Notes under the pieces: generated by a model | What the model saw: the letters and a program-made list of their open reading frames with translations, nothing else | Told to the model about the DNA's origin: nothing | The model's database searches: none | Made by a program: the position numbers and the translations under genes | NCBI GenBank assembly: GCA_035559535.1 | Contig: DATMBG010000022.1 | Location: 256,568-320,567, forward strand | Origin: Candidatus Limnocylindrales bacterium | GTDB taxonomy: Bacteria > Moduliflexota > Moduliflexia > Moduliflexales > JAUQPW01 | Direction of reading: 5' to 3' | DNA length: 64,000 nt | Shown: piece by piece, positions 20,201-30,313 of the stretch | Position numbering within the stretch: the first letter of the stretch is position 1 | Layout: each line of letters starts with the position of its first letter

Positions 20201-23135
20201 CCGTAAGCACAGCAGTAGCCTCGAACGCTGGGCCGTCGGTAAAGGAGAAGTATTGTGGGAGACCACCCCGGAAAATACGTTGAATATCTTTCCTGAGAAG
20301 AGCGAATACAAAGTTGGTGAAACTGCTCGCTTCCTGGTTCAGAACCCTTATCCGGGAGCTAAAGCCCTCATCACGATAGAACGCTATGGGGTACAGAAAA
20401 GCTGGATCGAGACTTTCAACGATAGTGCCGTCATTGTAGAATTTCCCATCGGTCCCGATCAGATTCCGGGCTTTTATCTATCGGTGGTCGTTCTCTCCCC
20501 GCGGGTAGATAAACCCTTGGATGAAAATCAGGTGGATCTGGGCAAACCTGCTTTCCGTATGGGATATGTTCAGGTACCGGTGAAGGATACTTATAAAGAA
20601 CTCCTGGTCGAGGTCAAACCCCGACAGGAAGTGTACAAGCCCCGTGAAGTGGCTACAGTCGATCTATACGTCCGTACCCGTGCAGAAACGACTAGTCAGT
20701 CGCCCTTACCACCCATAGAACTTGCGGTGACCGTGCTTGATGAGGCTGTATTTGACTTGCTTAAGCATGGAAAAGCTTATTTTGATCCTTACAACGGTTT
20801 TTATTATTTAAACCCTCCGGATCCCCTCGATTTGAGAAATTATAACCTGCTCACTCAGTTGATTGGTCGACAAAAGTTTGAGAAGAAGGGAGCCAATACC
20901 GGTGGAGATGGGGGATTGGGCCTGGATTTGCGTTCTGTATTTAAGTTCGTCAGCTACTGGAATCCGTCTCTTAAGCCCGATGCCAACGGCAAAGCAACCA
21001 TTCAATTCAAGCTCCCGGATAATTTGACCGGATGGCGGGTGTTTGTCCTGGCAGTAACACCCGAAGATCAGATGGGACTGGGGGATGGCCACTTCAAAGT
21101 TAACCAGGCTACGGAGATACGTCCCGCCCTCCCCAACCAGGTTACCGAAGGAGATAATTTCCAGGCCGGCTTCACTATTATGAACCGTACCGACATGAAG
21201 CGAACCCTGGAGGTTACCATTACCGCGGAAGGTCCCATTCAGGCTACCGAACCCGTGCATCACCGGCTGGAAGCCGAACCTTATAAACGCTATGTAGTTA
21301 GAATGCCTCTACAAACCGTAGGTGAGGGTGAAATCAAGTTCAGGGTACTTGCAGGGGATAATGTGGATCGAGATGGTTTAAAAGCTTCTTTAACGGTGCG
21401 TAAACGTCAGGCCCTGGAGGCAGTGGCCACCTACGGTACCACGATTTCCAATGAAGTTAAAGAAACCCTGGAGTTTCCCAAGGATATACATACAGATGTC
21501 GGTTATGTGAGTGTTGTGGCTGCACCTACAGTCCTGGGTCATTTAGAAGGGGCCTTTCAATATATGCGGGATTATCCTTATATCTGTTGGGAACAGATCC
21601 TTTCCAAGGGGGTGATGGCTGCCCATTATCTTCCTCTCAAGCCCTATCTCTCGGATACTTTCCACTGGGAGGAGAGCCGGGGTTTACCGGAACGGACTCT
21701 CCAACTGGCAGCCAACTATCAGGCCCCCAATGGAGGGATGACCTATTATATCCCACAGGATGAATATGCAAGTCCTTATCTGAGCGCCTATACGGCCCTT
21801 GCTTTCAACTGGTTACGGGCGAAGGGTTACCAAATTCCACAACAGGTGGAAGGCCCCCTCCATAACTACTTACTCGAACTCTTGCGTAAAGATGGGATGC
21901 CGGACTTTTATTCTAAAGGGATGGCTTCTACGGTTCGTGCCGTGGCCCTTGCTGCTCTATCCGGTCACAATAAAATCAATCTTTCCGATCTGCAACGCTA
22001 TCAGGGCCATGTCCGTGAGATGAGCCTGTTCGGTAAAGCCCATTACCTGATCGCCCTGACTCAGGTTCCCGGCACACTGAACCTGCAGTCCCAGGTCGTG
22101 ACTATGATCCGGGCCCATGCCAATGAAACAGGGGGCAAATTGATTTTTACAGAAACCCTGGATGACGGTTTCCAACGTATTCTGGAATCCTCTTTGCGAA
22201 CCCAATGTTCAATTCTCAGTGCCTTCCTGGCTTACGAGGATCAAAAAATAGAAGCCGGTTCGAAATCCACCCTTATCGGAGATATACCGTTTAAACTCGT
22301 CCGCCTGATTACCCAAACCCGCAAAAACCGGGGTCATTGGGAAAATACCCAGGAAAATATGTTCTGTATGAATGCCCTGGTCGATTTCAGCCGGGTCTAT
22401 GAGAAGGATAAACCCAAACTGACATTACAAGCCTTTCTGGACAATGAAAAACTTGGTCAGGTCCAATTCCAGGATTTTAGAGATCAGCCCGTAGACTTTC
22501 AACGCCCCCTTCAACCCAGCGATCCGGGCCGCAAGGCTACCATTACCTTAGATCGGGAAGGCACGGGTCGCATCTACTACGCAACCCGGCTGTTTTATTC
22601 CCCCTCTGAACCGAAAGTACAACCCATTAACTCCGGCATCGAAGTCTATCGAGAATACAGCGTAGAACGTAACGGCGCCTGGGTCTTACTCCAAAACCCC
22701 ATGCAAATCAAAACCGGTGAACTCGTTCGGGTTGATTTATATATCTCCCTCCCCGCCGCCCGTAATTTTGTAGTGGTGGAGGATCCGGTCCCCGGAGGCC
22801 TGGAACCCGTCAACCGGGATCTCGCAACGGCTTCTACTGTAGATGCAGCCAAAGCCACCTTTACCTACCCTAAGGATTCTTTCTTTTTCCGATATGATGA
22901 CTGGAGATATTTTGGCTATACCCTCTGGAGCTTCTATCATCGGGAATTTCGCCACCATGCTGTGCGTTTCTATTCAGAGTATCTACCGGCCGGGCGATAT
23001 ATACTGTCTTACGTAGCCCAAGCCATTGCACCCGGTGAGTTTACGGTTATGCCTCTACACGCGGAAGAGATGTATGACCCTGACGTTTTCGGACAAGGGA
23101 TACCGGCTACGTTGCGGGTGAATGGGGCTCCGTAA
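17238..23135 (+). CDS. Bacterial alpha-2-macroglobulin
   Basis: 1965 aa; MG domains, LPDNLTGWR, thioester motif YPYICWEQ, DPVPGGLE; followed by pbpC as in the known yfhM-pbpC pairing. Confidence 0.93.
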   Translation: MFKRLFIVLLFVGGSSGLTLTVAQQDTAQFNKNPEPLKLLSITPSGEDVPVGRQVVFQFNRPVVPVGRMDRKAEEIPITIEPNLACEWRWLNTSALACQLGEKTAMAPATRYKITVRPGIKTEDGSTLAEEVTHTFITQRPKIINTWFQTWKSPGTPEIRITFDQPVTQDSVSRHLYFQTEKGQRQALRATESQDSEQNREEETFPEEGPGGEQIVREAPDRKGLDWVVSPLEELPQDARIELYVEPGIVSRSGPEPGVENRLVVEFYTFPPFRFLGVHCTTNQGEEIKIPATGDPALQKPQTSGAVGTPSMKCNPVKGVRLAFSSPVIKEAVKAGLQVTPDLAGGRKDYDPWESVVSYSRLSQLHQKGAEYEIYLPGILKANAVYHLQADPDQIQDEFGRPLSEAISMKFATNHRPPHYHLEHPISVLEKNVETHVPIIITNLDAIHLSYETLTVQGKKPEQKKTLTPYKVRNIAYPFPLKIRELIPGGSGAIQGTLKTTPSVTDEEGKPRWFFSQVTPFDVHVKIGHYNTLVWITRFDTGLPVEGVRVQVYEDQFGSFAENPKILAEAVTNADGIAMLAGTGKLDPELKLIDQWDQFQPHLFVRVQKDDDMALVPLIYDFQVQSYGAHEEYIFADMRRRYGHIQAWGTTAQGIYKVGDTVQYKFYVRDQSNEHFIPAPRKGYSLQVIDPTGKVVHEVKELVLSDFGAYDGEFLLPQTGAVGWYRFVLSAVFNPKQPDDKMSWEPMRVLVSDFTPAPFRVTTDLNGALFQPGDTVQVTTQAKLHAGGPYANAPARITAFVRGRPLLPQDPQAKGFYFDVSQGADTETLYQTEGFVNDQGVLETQFTVPQAQILYGQLKVESTVRDDRGKDIANVATAGYVGRDRYVGVHQADWVLAAGKPVQLQTLVVNEQGIVVAGTEIQIKVEHLQTKAARVKGAGNAYLTNYVHEWISVAGCTLASETKPVVCEFTPPAPGTYKMTASISDTKGRKHSSSLERWAVGKGEVLWETTPENTLNIFPEKSEYKVGETARFLVQNPYPGAKALITIERYGVQKSWIETFNDSAVIVEFPIGPDQIPGFYLSVVVLSPRVDKPLDENQVDLGKPAFRMGYVQVPVKDTYKELLVEVKPRQEVYKPREVATVDLYVRTRAETTSQSPLPPIELAVTVLDEAVFDLLKHGKAYFDPYNGFYYLNPPDPLDLRNYNLLTQLIGRQKFEKKGANTGGDGGLGLDLRSVFKFVSYWNPSLKPDANGKATIQFKLPDNLTGWRVFVLAVTPEDQMGLGDGHFKVNQATEIRPALPNQVTEGDNFQAGFTIMNRTDMKRTLEVTITAEGPIQATEPVHHRLEAEPYKRYVVRMPLQTVGEGEIKFRVLAGDNVDRDGLKASLTVRKRQALEAVATYGTTISNEVKETLEFPKDIHTDVGYVSVVAAPTVLGHLEGAFQYMRDYPYICWEQILSKGVMAAHYLPLKPYLSDTFHWEESRGLPERTLQLAANYQAPNGGMTYYIPQDEYASPYLSAYTALAFNWLRAKGYQIPQQVEGPLHNYLLELLRKDGMPDFYSKGMASTVRAVALAALSGHNKINLSDLQRYQGHVREMSLFGKAHYLIALTQVPGTLNLQSQVVTMIRAHANETGGKLIFTETLDDGFQRILESSLRTQCSILSAFLAYEDQKIEAGSKSTLIGDIPFKLVRLITQTRKNRGHWENTQENMFCMNALVDFSRVYEKDKPKLTLQAFLDNEKLGQVQFQDFRDQPVDFQRPLQPSDPGRKATITLDREGTGRIYYATRLFYSPSEPKVQPINSGIEVYREYSVERNGAWVLLQNPMQIKTGELVRVDLYISLPAARNFVVVEDPVPGGLEPVNRDLATASTVDAAKATFTYPKDSFFFRYDDWRYFGYTLWSFYHREFRHHAVRFYSEYLPAGRYILSYVAQAIAPGEFTVMPLHAEEMYDPDVFGQGIPATLRVNGAP

Positions 23136-23149
23136 TGATCTGGATTTTA

Positions 23150-23251
23150 GAGGGATATGGGAGTATAGGGGTAGGGAAGTGTGGGGGGTGTGGAAGTGTG
23201 GGAGTATGGGGGTGTGGGAGTTTATTTTTTTACTCCCACACTTCCATACCC
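23150..23251. repeat. Intergenic octamer tandem/inverted repeat (GGGAGTRT family)
   Basis: GGGAGTAT/GGAAGTGT/GGGGGTGT units followed by complementary ACTCCCAC/ACTTCCAT units. Confidence 0.85.
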
Positions 23252-23265
23252 TTTTTATACGGATA

Positions 23266-25566
23266 ATGGATAAACGAAAAATATTTTTCTTTCTGGTTAT
23301 CCTTCTCCTGGCTATGGGTTTGTTTATCTGGAAAACGTGGGTTGACCTGCTTCCGCTGCCGGAATCTCTTACCCCGGATACGTTGGGTCTCCGTAGGGTT
23401 CAAGTTTTAGACCGTCGAGGCATTCCGCTTTCGGTTACTTTCCAGAACCCCTGGAATCTTCACCAGATAATTCCCCTCCATAAGATTCCTACCTTTCTCC
23501 AACAGGCCTTTATCCTGGCCGAGGACAAACGGTTTTATTTACATAGGGGTGTGGACTGGAAGGCCCGGCTGCATGCATGGGTTCAAAATCTGAAGGCATT
23601 TCGAGCGGTGCGTGGGGCAAGTACCATAACCGAACAGGTAGTCCGCATGCTGCATCCGCGTCCACGTACCTTATGGTCACGCTGGTTGGAAGGGATTGAA
23701 GCATCACGGTTGGAAAAACGGTTTTCCAAAGCTACCATCCTGGAATTTTACCTTAATCAAGTTCCCTATGCCCGTCAACGACGGGGTGTAGCTCAGGCGG
23801 CATACGATTATTTTGATCGGGATCTGGATACGCTCAGTGCCAAGGAGATGCTGGCATTGGCCGTATTGGTACGGGCACCCAGTCGATTGGATTTGAATCG
23901 GGGTACAGATCAAATTCAAAAACCCCTCACCCGCCTGGCCCATCGCATGTACACGGCGAAACTGATCTCCACCGACGTGTATCAGAATATTCTCCAGGAG
24001 AAGCTGGTGCTTAGAGAACCTACTCTTCCAGTTCAGGCAAGCCATTTTATCCAATATGTCCGTCATCTGGATCTTCCAACCTCCGGGTTACAAAATGGGC
24101 GTCTGCATACCACCCTGGATGCTTCGCTTCAGAAACGTGTCCAGGATATTCTGGATCAACGACTTCTGACTTTGCGCTCCCAACAGGTAACCGACGGGGC
24201 CATTTTGGTCGTGGATCATCTCTCAGATCAGGTGTTGGCCTGGGTCAATGGAGGTTCATTTTTGGCCGACACGGCTGGGAGTCAGATCGATGCGATCCTT
24301 ACGCCTCGACAACCCGGGTCGACGTTGAAACCTTTCCTTTATGCCATGGCCCTGGAAAAAGGTTGGACGGCGGCAACATTGATCCAAGACTCTCCCCTGT
24401 CACAACCTGTTGGTCTGGGACTGCATAATTTCCACAATTACAGTCAGCAATATTATGGACCTCTCCGGCTTCGGGAGGCTTTGGGGAACTCCCTCAATAT
24501 CCCGGCGGTACGGACGATTCAATTTGTAGGAGTCCAGTCCTTCCTGGAACGTTTACATGAACTCGGTTTCTCCAGTTTAACCCGATCTTCAGATTTTTAT
24601 GGGGAGGGTCTGGCGCTGGGTAATGGAGAAGTCACGTTATTTGAATTGGTTCAGGCTTATGCCACCCTGGCTCGGGGAGGGGTATTTCGTCCCCTGAAGG
24701 TACTCCTTGAAGAAATAGTTCCAGCCGAACCTCCCCGACGGATATATGGCAAAGAAGTCAGCTCGCTCATTGCCGACATTCTTTCCGATCCCCAGGCCAG
24801 ACGGTTGGAATTTGGGGAGGGTCATTTATTACGATTCCCAGTTCAGACGGCTGTAAAGACCGGCACTTCTACCGATTATCGAGATGCCTGGGCCATAGGT
24901 TTCTCTTACCGTTATACGGTAGGGGTATGGATGGGGAATCTGGATCGTCGATCCATGGATGCGGTTACCGGATCTACAGGTCCTGCCCTGGTATTACGTG
25001 GAGTATTTGCCGAACTTAACCGGTATGAAGAATCCCGGCCTCTTTTCCGAAGCCCCCAACTCACTCCTGTTAAAATTTGTCGTGTGAGCGGGCAACTTGC
25101 TACCCCCAACTGTCCAACCCTTCTGGAATGGTTTGAGCCCCATAAAAGGCCTGCACAACGCTGTCCTTTGCATTCAGCCCCCTCCTGGGAGGTGAAGGAA
25201 ACCCTCGATGAACCGGAAAGAACTCCGGATAAAGAGGAAACAACCCCGGTAAAGTTAGAAAGGAAACCGGTCAGGAACGACCTGGAGCTTATCTACCTGT
25301 TACGCCCGACCCCTGGGCTCCAACTGGCTATGGATCCCCGGATTCCCGATGAGCTGGAAGCCTTTCCTTTCCAGTTACCCGAAGGGATTCAAGCCGTAAA
25401 AGTAGATTGGATCGTGGATAAGCAACTGGTAGGTTCGACTTCCCAGGGGGAACGCCAGTTTCTATGGCCTCTGTCCCGAGGAATCCACAAAGCTCAGGCC
25501 AGGGTGTGGTTGAAAGAACAAACCGATCCCGTTGAAACCCCTGAAGTGGAATTTGTAGTGAAGTAA
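23266..25566 (+). CDS. pbpC: Penicillin-binding protein 1C
   Basis: EDKRF..H.GVD, GASTITEQ, QPGSTLKPF, SLN, KTGT. The start is moved to MDKRK because the upstream part of the ORF is repeat-derived. Confidence 0.92.
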   Translation: MDKRKIFFFLVILLLAMGLFIWKTWVDLLPLPESLTPDTLGLRRVQVLDRRGIPLSVTFQNPWNLHQIIPLHKIPTFLQQAFILAEDKRFYLHRGVDWKARLHAWVQNLKAFRAVRGASTITEQVVRMLHPRPRTLWSRWLEGIEASRLEKRFSKATILEFYLNQVPYARQRRGVAQAAYDYFDRDLDTLSAKEMLALAVLVRAPSRLDLNRGTDQIQKPLTRLAHRMYTAKLISTDVYQNILQEKLVLREPTLPVQASHFIQYVRHLDLPTSGLQNGRLHTTLDASLQKRVQDILDQRLLTLRSQQVTDGAILVVDHLSDQVLAWVNGGSFLADTAGSQIDAILTPRQPGSTLKPFLYAMALEKGWTAATLIQDSPLSQPVGLGLHNFHNYSQQYYGPLRLREALGNSLNIPAVRTIQFVGVQSFLERLHELGFSSLTRSSDFYGEGLALGNGEVTLFELVQAYATLARGGVFRPLKVLLEEIVPAEPPRRIYGKEVSSLIADILSDPQARRLEFGEGHLLRFPVQTAVKTGTSTDYRDAWAIGFSYRYTVGVWMGNLDRRSMDAVTGSTGPALVLRGVFAELNRYEESRPLFRSPQLTPVKICRVSGQLATPNCPTLLEWFEPHKRPAQRCPLHSAPSWEVKETLDEPERTPDKEETTPVKLERKPVRNDLELIYLLRPTPGLQLAMDPRIPDELEAFPFQLPEGIQAVKVDWIVDKQLVGSTSQGERQFLWPLSRGIHKAQARVWLKEQTDPVETPEVEFVVK

Positions 25567-25689
25567 AAAATAGGATATCTTCTGGAGTCTAAGAACCCAT
25601 TGCGTTTATCAGGCAGGGCAGGTTTGAAACTCGCCTCTCTGTAGGGGGACGGAAAAACCGATGGGTATAAAAAGATGCCGTTAAAAGAT

Positions 25690-25740
25690 AGAACCCGTGG
25701 GCGGGAATCCTCTACCGACCGCCCACAGGTTTCTGTTTTT
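25690..25740. terminator. Hairpin terminator between convergent genes
   Basis: GAACCCGTGGGCGG pairs with CCGCCCACAGGTTTC, then a T-tract. Confidence 0.6.
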
Positions 25741-25761
25741 ACTTCAGGGGACTATCTATCA

Positions 25762-26883
25762 TCAGGTGATATGGGCTCCCTGGGTTTCCACGTAAACCGC
25801 ATAGAGGGACTGGCTGGCCGTCATGAAGAGTCGATTTCGATAGGTACCTCCAAACACCAGGTTGGAGCATATTTCAGGCAATCTTATGATTCCAATTCGC
25901 TCCCCATTGGGGGCAAAGATATGCACGCCATCGTAACCGTCGCCAACCCAGCCCATACCGGCCCAAATATTACCATCCACATCGGCCCGGATACCATCGG
26001 CGAAACCCGCTTTGCCTTCATAAGTTGTTGAGGTAAACTCTTTGCCATTGGCCAGCTTGACGTTATCCACTACATCCCAGACCTTGATGTTTTTAGGAGC
26101 ATCGGGATAATGGGAGGCACCGGTATCAACGACATAGAGTTTTTTATAATCTGGAGAGAAGCATAAGCCATTGGGTTTAAAAATCTCGTCGGTGACCTTC
26201 TCGACATTTCCAGATTTGGGATCGATCCGATAGACCGCTTCCTTTTGAAAAGGCTGAGGAGAGCCGGTATTTCCTTTGCGCCAGTTACTTTCATAACCGA
26301 CCAAAGCTCCATAACCTGGATCGGTGAACCAAATTCCGCCGTCCGGATGAACTACAATATCATTGGGGCCGTTGAGGGGTTTCCCATTGGCCTTATCGGC
26401 AAGGACCGTGATGGTCCCGTTATTCTCATAGCGGACCACGCGCCGTGTCCCGTGCTCACAGGCAAGCTGCCTGCCCTGCCAATCGAAGGTATTGCCGTTG
26501 CTGTTATTAGAGGGATATCGAAATCTGCGAGAAACATGACCGTCTTCCTCAATCCAGCGGAGTTGCTCATCATTGGGGATATCGCTCCAGATTAAATAAC
26601 GACCCAGTCCATTCCAGGCCGGACCTTCTGCCCACAGGGTACCGGTATAGAGCCTTTGAATCGGCGTGTTACCTATCTTGGCTTTAAACCGTTTGTCCAG
26701 GGCAACAATATCCGGATCGGGATAACGTGTGGGTTCTGCCTCCGGACCAAAATTTCGAGCAAATGCCACAGGATCCATGGAAGTAATGGCGGCTATAGCC
26801 GCTGCCGCCTTCATAAAGGCCCGGCGTGTCATCAGCTTGCGTTCTTGCTGCTCATGCAGAATTTCTTCTTTATCTTTTTTCAT
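25762..26883 (-). CDS. Tat-exported SMP-30/gluconolactonase family protein
   Basis: TRRAFMK twin-arginine signal; WAEGP, SDIP, SNG, NGPND, PNG, ADG motifs. Confidence 0.9.
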   Translation of the reverse strand: MKKDKEEILHEQQERKLMTRRAFMKAAAAIAAITSMDPVAFARNFGPEAEPTRYPDPDIVALDKRFKAKIGNTPIQRLYTGTLWAEGPAWNGLGRYLIWSDIPNDEQLRWIEEDGHVSRRFRYPSNNSNGNTFDWQGRQLACEHGTRRVVRYENNGTITVLADKANGKPLNGPNDIVVHPDGGIWFTDPGYGALVGYESNWRKGNTGSPQPFQKEAVYRIDPKSGNVEKVTDEIFKPNGLCFSPDYKKLYVVDTGASHYPDAPKNIKVWDVVDNVKLANGKEFTSTTYEGKAGFADGIRADVDGNIWAGMGWVGDGYDGVHIFAPNGERIGIIRLPEICSNLVFGGTYRNRLFMTASQSLYAVYVETQGAHIT

Positions 26884-27324
26884 CGCTTTACCCTCCTCTG
26901 TTTTTTAATTCGGGTTTCCCTCCTGTATTTAACAGGGCGGTTTCTTTATCCACCCTAAAACTACAAAGAAATAATTATAAACAAAGCAAACGAGGGATAA
27001 TGATTAGGGTAGCAACAGTTATCCAATATAACCGTTGCTAGTATTTTAGGGTATTTAAGGATTGAAATAAAGTCAAGAAGATTTAAAAGAAATTTACTTG
27101 CAGCCCGATATAAGCGCGAAGTACCGTTGGATGGCCTTTTAGCCTCAACGGGGTGATCTGTTTATAAAAACTATCTTCCCTGTCTTTAGCTCCGGATCCC
27201 CTGAACAAGCCAGCCTGTCAGGCGGACAGGTCGCTTCTCCAAAGATTGATTGTTGAAGGATAAGCTTGACTCTCAACAGGCCCCTCTTACAGCTATTCTG
27301 ATATCGAAACCTTAGAAAAGAACT

Positions 27325-28167
27325 TTAAGATTCCAGCATAAACCGCATGATCACTTTTCCGATTCTGATTTCAGCTCCAGGCTCCAATTTGACTTTTTTT
27401 ATGGAAGTTTCATTCACATAAGTGCCGGTGCTGCTGTTGGCATCCTCGATATAATAGCGTTCCTTGTCATAGTGGATGATGGCATGTCGGTCGGAAATAT
27501 CCAACATGTCTGCGGGAAAGCGAATATCTGCCAGGGGACTTCGGCCCAGGATGGTTTTATGAAAGATCAAACTAAACTTCTTCCCTTTCATGGGTTCCCC
27601 ACTTAAAACTTCCAGGAATGCCGTCGGTTTACCGGTTGGAGGTCTCAAGGAACCGGGTTTTTCATCTCTGGCCTTTAATTCCGGATTTTTTTCCTTCTTC
27701 ACCCGCCTGCCTTCACCCTTTCTTTTACTAACAGAAGCAGACGACAGGAGTTTTTCGGGAGTTTTTCCGGATTTCTTGAAAGGAGGTAAAACTTTTGGTT
27801 CCTGAGCCGGTTTAATTTCTTGCGGGCTAACCGGGGGAAGCAGATCTATGGCAAAATGGGTGGTAAGAGTTCTATCCTCGACAAAAGAAATAGAAATAGG
27901 CGTGGTGATGAGTTTATACCCTTTTTCCAATACCCGTTGATTCAACTGATACGTCAACTGTTCTTGAAGACGGGGCAGTGTTGGAGAAAGTTGTTGAAAA
28001 TTTTTTGGATGCAATCGAATTTTATAGGCATGGGGAACATAGGTTTCTGTAGGTAATATCCACATATACCTTTCCATATGCTCTTCCAGGGCTTTTTTGA
28101 GCTGCTCGGGGTAAAACTCGGATTTACCAGATATCCATAAGAGAATATTCTTTAAAAAGTTCTTCAT
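27325..28167 (-). CDS. FhaA-like protein (DUF3662-like N-terminal domain plus C-terminal FHA domain)
   Basis: FHA motifs ILGRS, ISDRHA, S.TGTYVN; N-terminal VPHAYKIRLH...GYKL...ISF resembles the FhaA N-terminal domain. Confidence 0.75.
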   Translation of the reverse strand: MKNFLKNILLWISGKSEFYPEQLKKALEEHMERYMWILPTETYVPHAYKIRLHPKNFQQLSPTLPRLQEQLTYQLNQRVLEKGYKLITTPISISFVEDRTLTTHFAIDLLPPVSPQEIKPAQEPKVLPPFKKSGKTPEKLLSSASVSKRKGEGRRVKKEKNPELKARDEKPGSLRPPTGKPTAFLEVLSGEPMKGKKFSLIFHKTILGRSPLADIRFPADMLDISDRHAIIHYDKERYYIEDANSSTGTYVNETSIKKVKLEPGAEIRIGKVIMRFMLES

Positions 28168-28307
28168 ATTTTATGGCGCGTCCTTTACGATTAAGGCCTG
28201 AGTAGAAAAGTTAAATCGAATAAAATGCTAGCAAAAGTTATACCGAATCTTTTATAATCCGTCAAGCTTTTTCTATTAGAAAAGGTTGTTTCCAGAGAAA
28301 ATAAAAG

Positions 28308-28337
28308 TTGACTTTCCCCCTTTGGGCTTCATATAAT
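28308..28337 (+). promoter_or_regulatory. Sigma70-type promoter upstream of sdhA
   Basis: TTGACT-N18-TATAAT. Confidence 0.6.
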
Positions 28338-28533
28338 TCATAAAGATTTATCCACCTGAACAGAGGTACACCGGACCCTAAGGATAAGACCGTAAGTGAC
28401 AAAGTCACAAATCCCTGCAAAGACCGGGCAGGTGACAGAAAAGGTTTCAGGTTCTTTTGATCTCGAGGAGGGACCGGGGTGATACCTTCCGGGTTTTGGG
28501 GGTTTGGTGACTTTGGAGCCGGAAAAACGGAAG

Positions 28534-30270
28534 ATGAAAAATCCTAAGATAGCTATTGTAGGGGGTGGCCTGGCCGGCCTTATGTCTGCCATTAAGCTGG
28601 CCGAGAAAGGATATGCCTTGAGTCTTTTTTCCCTTGTACCGGTTAAACGTTCCCATTCGGTGTGTGCCCAAGGAGGGATCAATGCCGCCAAAAATATCAA
28701 AGGGGAGGGAGATTCTCCCTGGCAGCATTTTGAGGATACCATCTATGGAGGGGATTTTTTAGCTAATCAGCCTCCAGTCAAAGGGATGTGCGAAGCAGGC
28801 CCGGGAATTATCGATCTGCTGGACCGCATGGGGGTTATGTTCAACCGAACCCCGGAAGGTTTGATCGATATGCGTCGATTTGGTGGGACTAAATACAATC
28901 GGGCAGCTTTTGCAGGTACGACCACCGGTCAGCAGCTTTTATATGCTTTGGACGAGCAGGTGCGCCGGTATGAGGCAGCCGGACTGATTAAAAAATATGA
29001 GGGTTGGGATTTCCTATCCGCTGTCATCGATGAAGCGGGAATTTGTCGAGGGCTCTGTGCCATGAACTTAACGACCCTGGAAGTTCGAACTTTTCCGGCA
29101 GATGCAGTTGTGCTGGCCACCGGAGGGATCGGGTATATTTTTGGTAAGAGTACCAATTCCATCATTTGCAATGGGAGTGCTGCCAGTGCCGTTTATCAAC
29201 AAGGGGCCTATTATGCAAACGGTGAGTTCATCCAGATCCATCCTTCGACCATCCCTGGAGAGGATAAACTCCGTCTCATTTCAGAATCCGTTCGGAGCGA
29301 AGGGGGACGGTTATGGACGTATAAAGATGGAAAACCCTGGTATTTCCTGGAGGAATGGCACCCAGAGTACAAAAATCTGGTTCCTCGAGACATTGCCTCC
29401 CGGGCTATTTATAAGGTCTGTTACGAGTTAAAGCTGGGGATCCAGGGAAAAAATCTGGTTTACCTGGATATCACCCATCTGGATCCCCAGCTTATCGAGA
29501 CGAGACTGGGAGGAGTGGTGGAAATCTACCAGAAATTTATGGGAGAAGACCCCCGGAAGGTCCCCATGAAGATTTTTCCCGGTATGCATTACTCCATGGG
29601 CGGGCTCTGGGTGGATTATAATCAGATGACAAATATCCCGGGACTCTTTGCCGTAGGGGAATGTGAATATCAATATCATGGAGCCAATCGATTAGGAGCT
29701 AATTCCCTTTTATCCTGCTTTTACGGGGGAATGATCATCGGAAGATCCGTGGTGGAATATACAACCGGATTACAATCCGGAGTAGAAAGTGTTTCCTCTA
29801 CGGTATTTGAGCGTGAACTGAAACGTCAGCAGCAAATAAACGATCAGCTCCTCCGTTCTGCCGATGGCCCTGAAAATCCTTATCAAATCCACAAAGAAAT
29901 GGGAGAGTGGATGACCCAGCATGTAACCGTTATTCGCTATAACAAGAACCTTCAAGAAACCGATCATAAACTCCAGGAACTCCTGGATCGATATAAAAAA
30001 ATCGGATTAAACGATCGCGGGAACTGGGCAAATCCTTCCCTTCCCTTTGCACGTCAGTTATACAATATGCTTCAACTCGCCCGTGCCATTACCATCAGTG
30101 CACTGGCCCGTAACGAAAGCCGGGGGGCCCATTATAAACCTGAATTCCCCAACCGGGATGACGAAAACTGGCTCAAAACTACCAAGGCCCGCTTCACTCC
30201 CCATGGACCTGAATTAAGTTATGAGCCGGTGGATGTGTCGTTAATTAAACCGAGACCGAGGAAGTATTAA
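28534..30270 (+). CDS. sdhA: Succinate dehydrogenase/fumarate reductase flavoprotein (Bacillus-type)
   Basis: GGGLAG, RSHSVCAQGGIN (FAD-His), EFIQIHP, SESVR.EG, HYSMGG, HGANRLGANSL, ESRGAH. Confidence 0.95.
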   Translation: MKNPKIAIVGGGLAGLMSAIKLAEKGYALSLFSLVPVKRSHSVCAQGGINAAKNIKGEGDSPWQHFEDTIYGGDFLANQPPVKGMCEAGPGIIDLLDRMGVMFNRTPEGLIDMRRFGGTKYNRAAFAGTTTGQQLLYALDEQVRRYEAAGLIKKYEGWDFLSAVIDEAGICRGLCAMNLTTLEVRTFPADAVVLATGGIGYIFGKSTNSIICNGSAASAVYQQGAYYANGEFIQIHPSTIPGEDKLRLISESVRSEGGRLWTYKDGKPWYFLEEWHPEYKNLVPRDIASRAIYKVCYELKLGIQGKNLVYLDITHLDPQLIETRLGGVVEIYQKFMGEDPRKVPMKIFPGMHYSMGGLWVDYNQMTNIPGLFAVGECEYQYHGANRLGANSLLSCFYGGMIIGRSVVEYTTGLQSGVESVSSTVFERELKRQQQINDQLLRSADGPENPYQIHKEMGEWMTQHVTVIRYNKNLQETDHKLQELLDRYKKIGLNDRGNWANPSLPFARQLYNMLQLARAITISALARNESRGAHYKPEFPNRDDENWLKTTKARFTPHGPELSYEPVDVSLIKPRPRKY

Positions 30271-30313
30271 CCCTATTCCCCCTTAACCCTAACCAGATAA
30301 TAATCCATCGTGC

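Noticed and set aside
23122-23265. N-terminal extension of PbpC in the ORF track (likewise dnaX 60723-60785, recR 58417-58461, sdhA 28504-28533)
   Set aside because: These extensions translate intergenic repeats or leaders; family homology starts at the downstream start codons.
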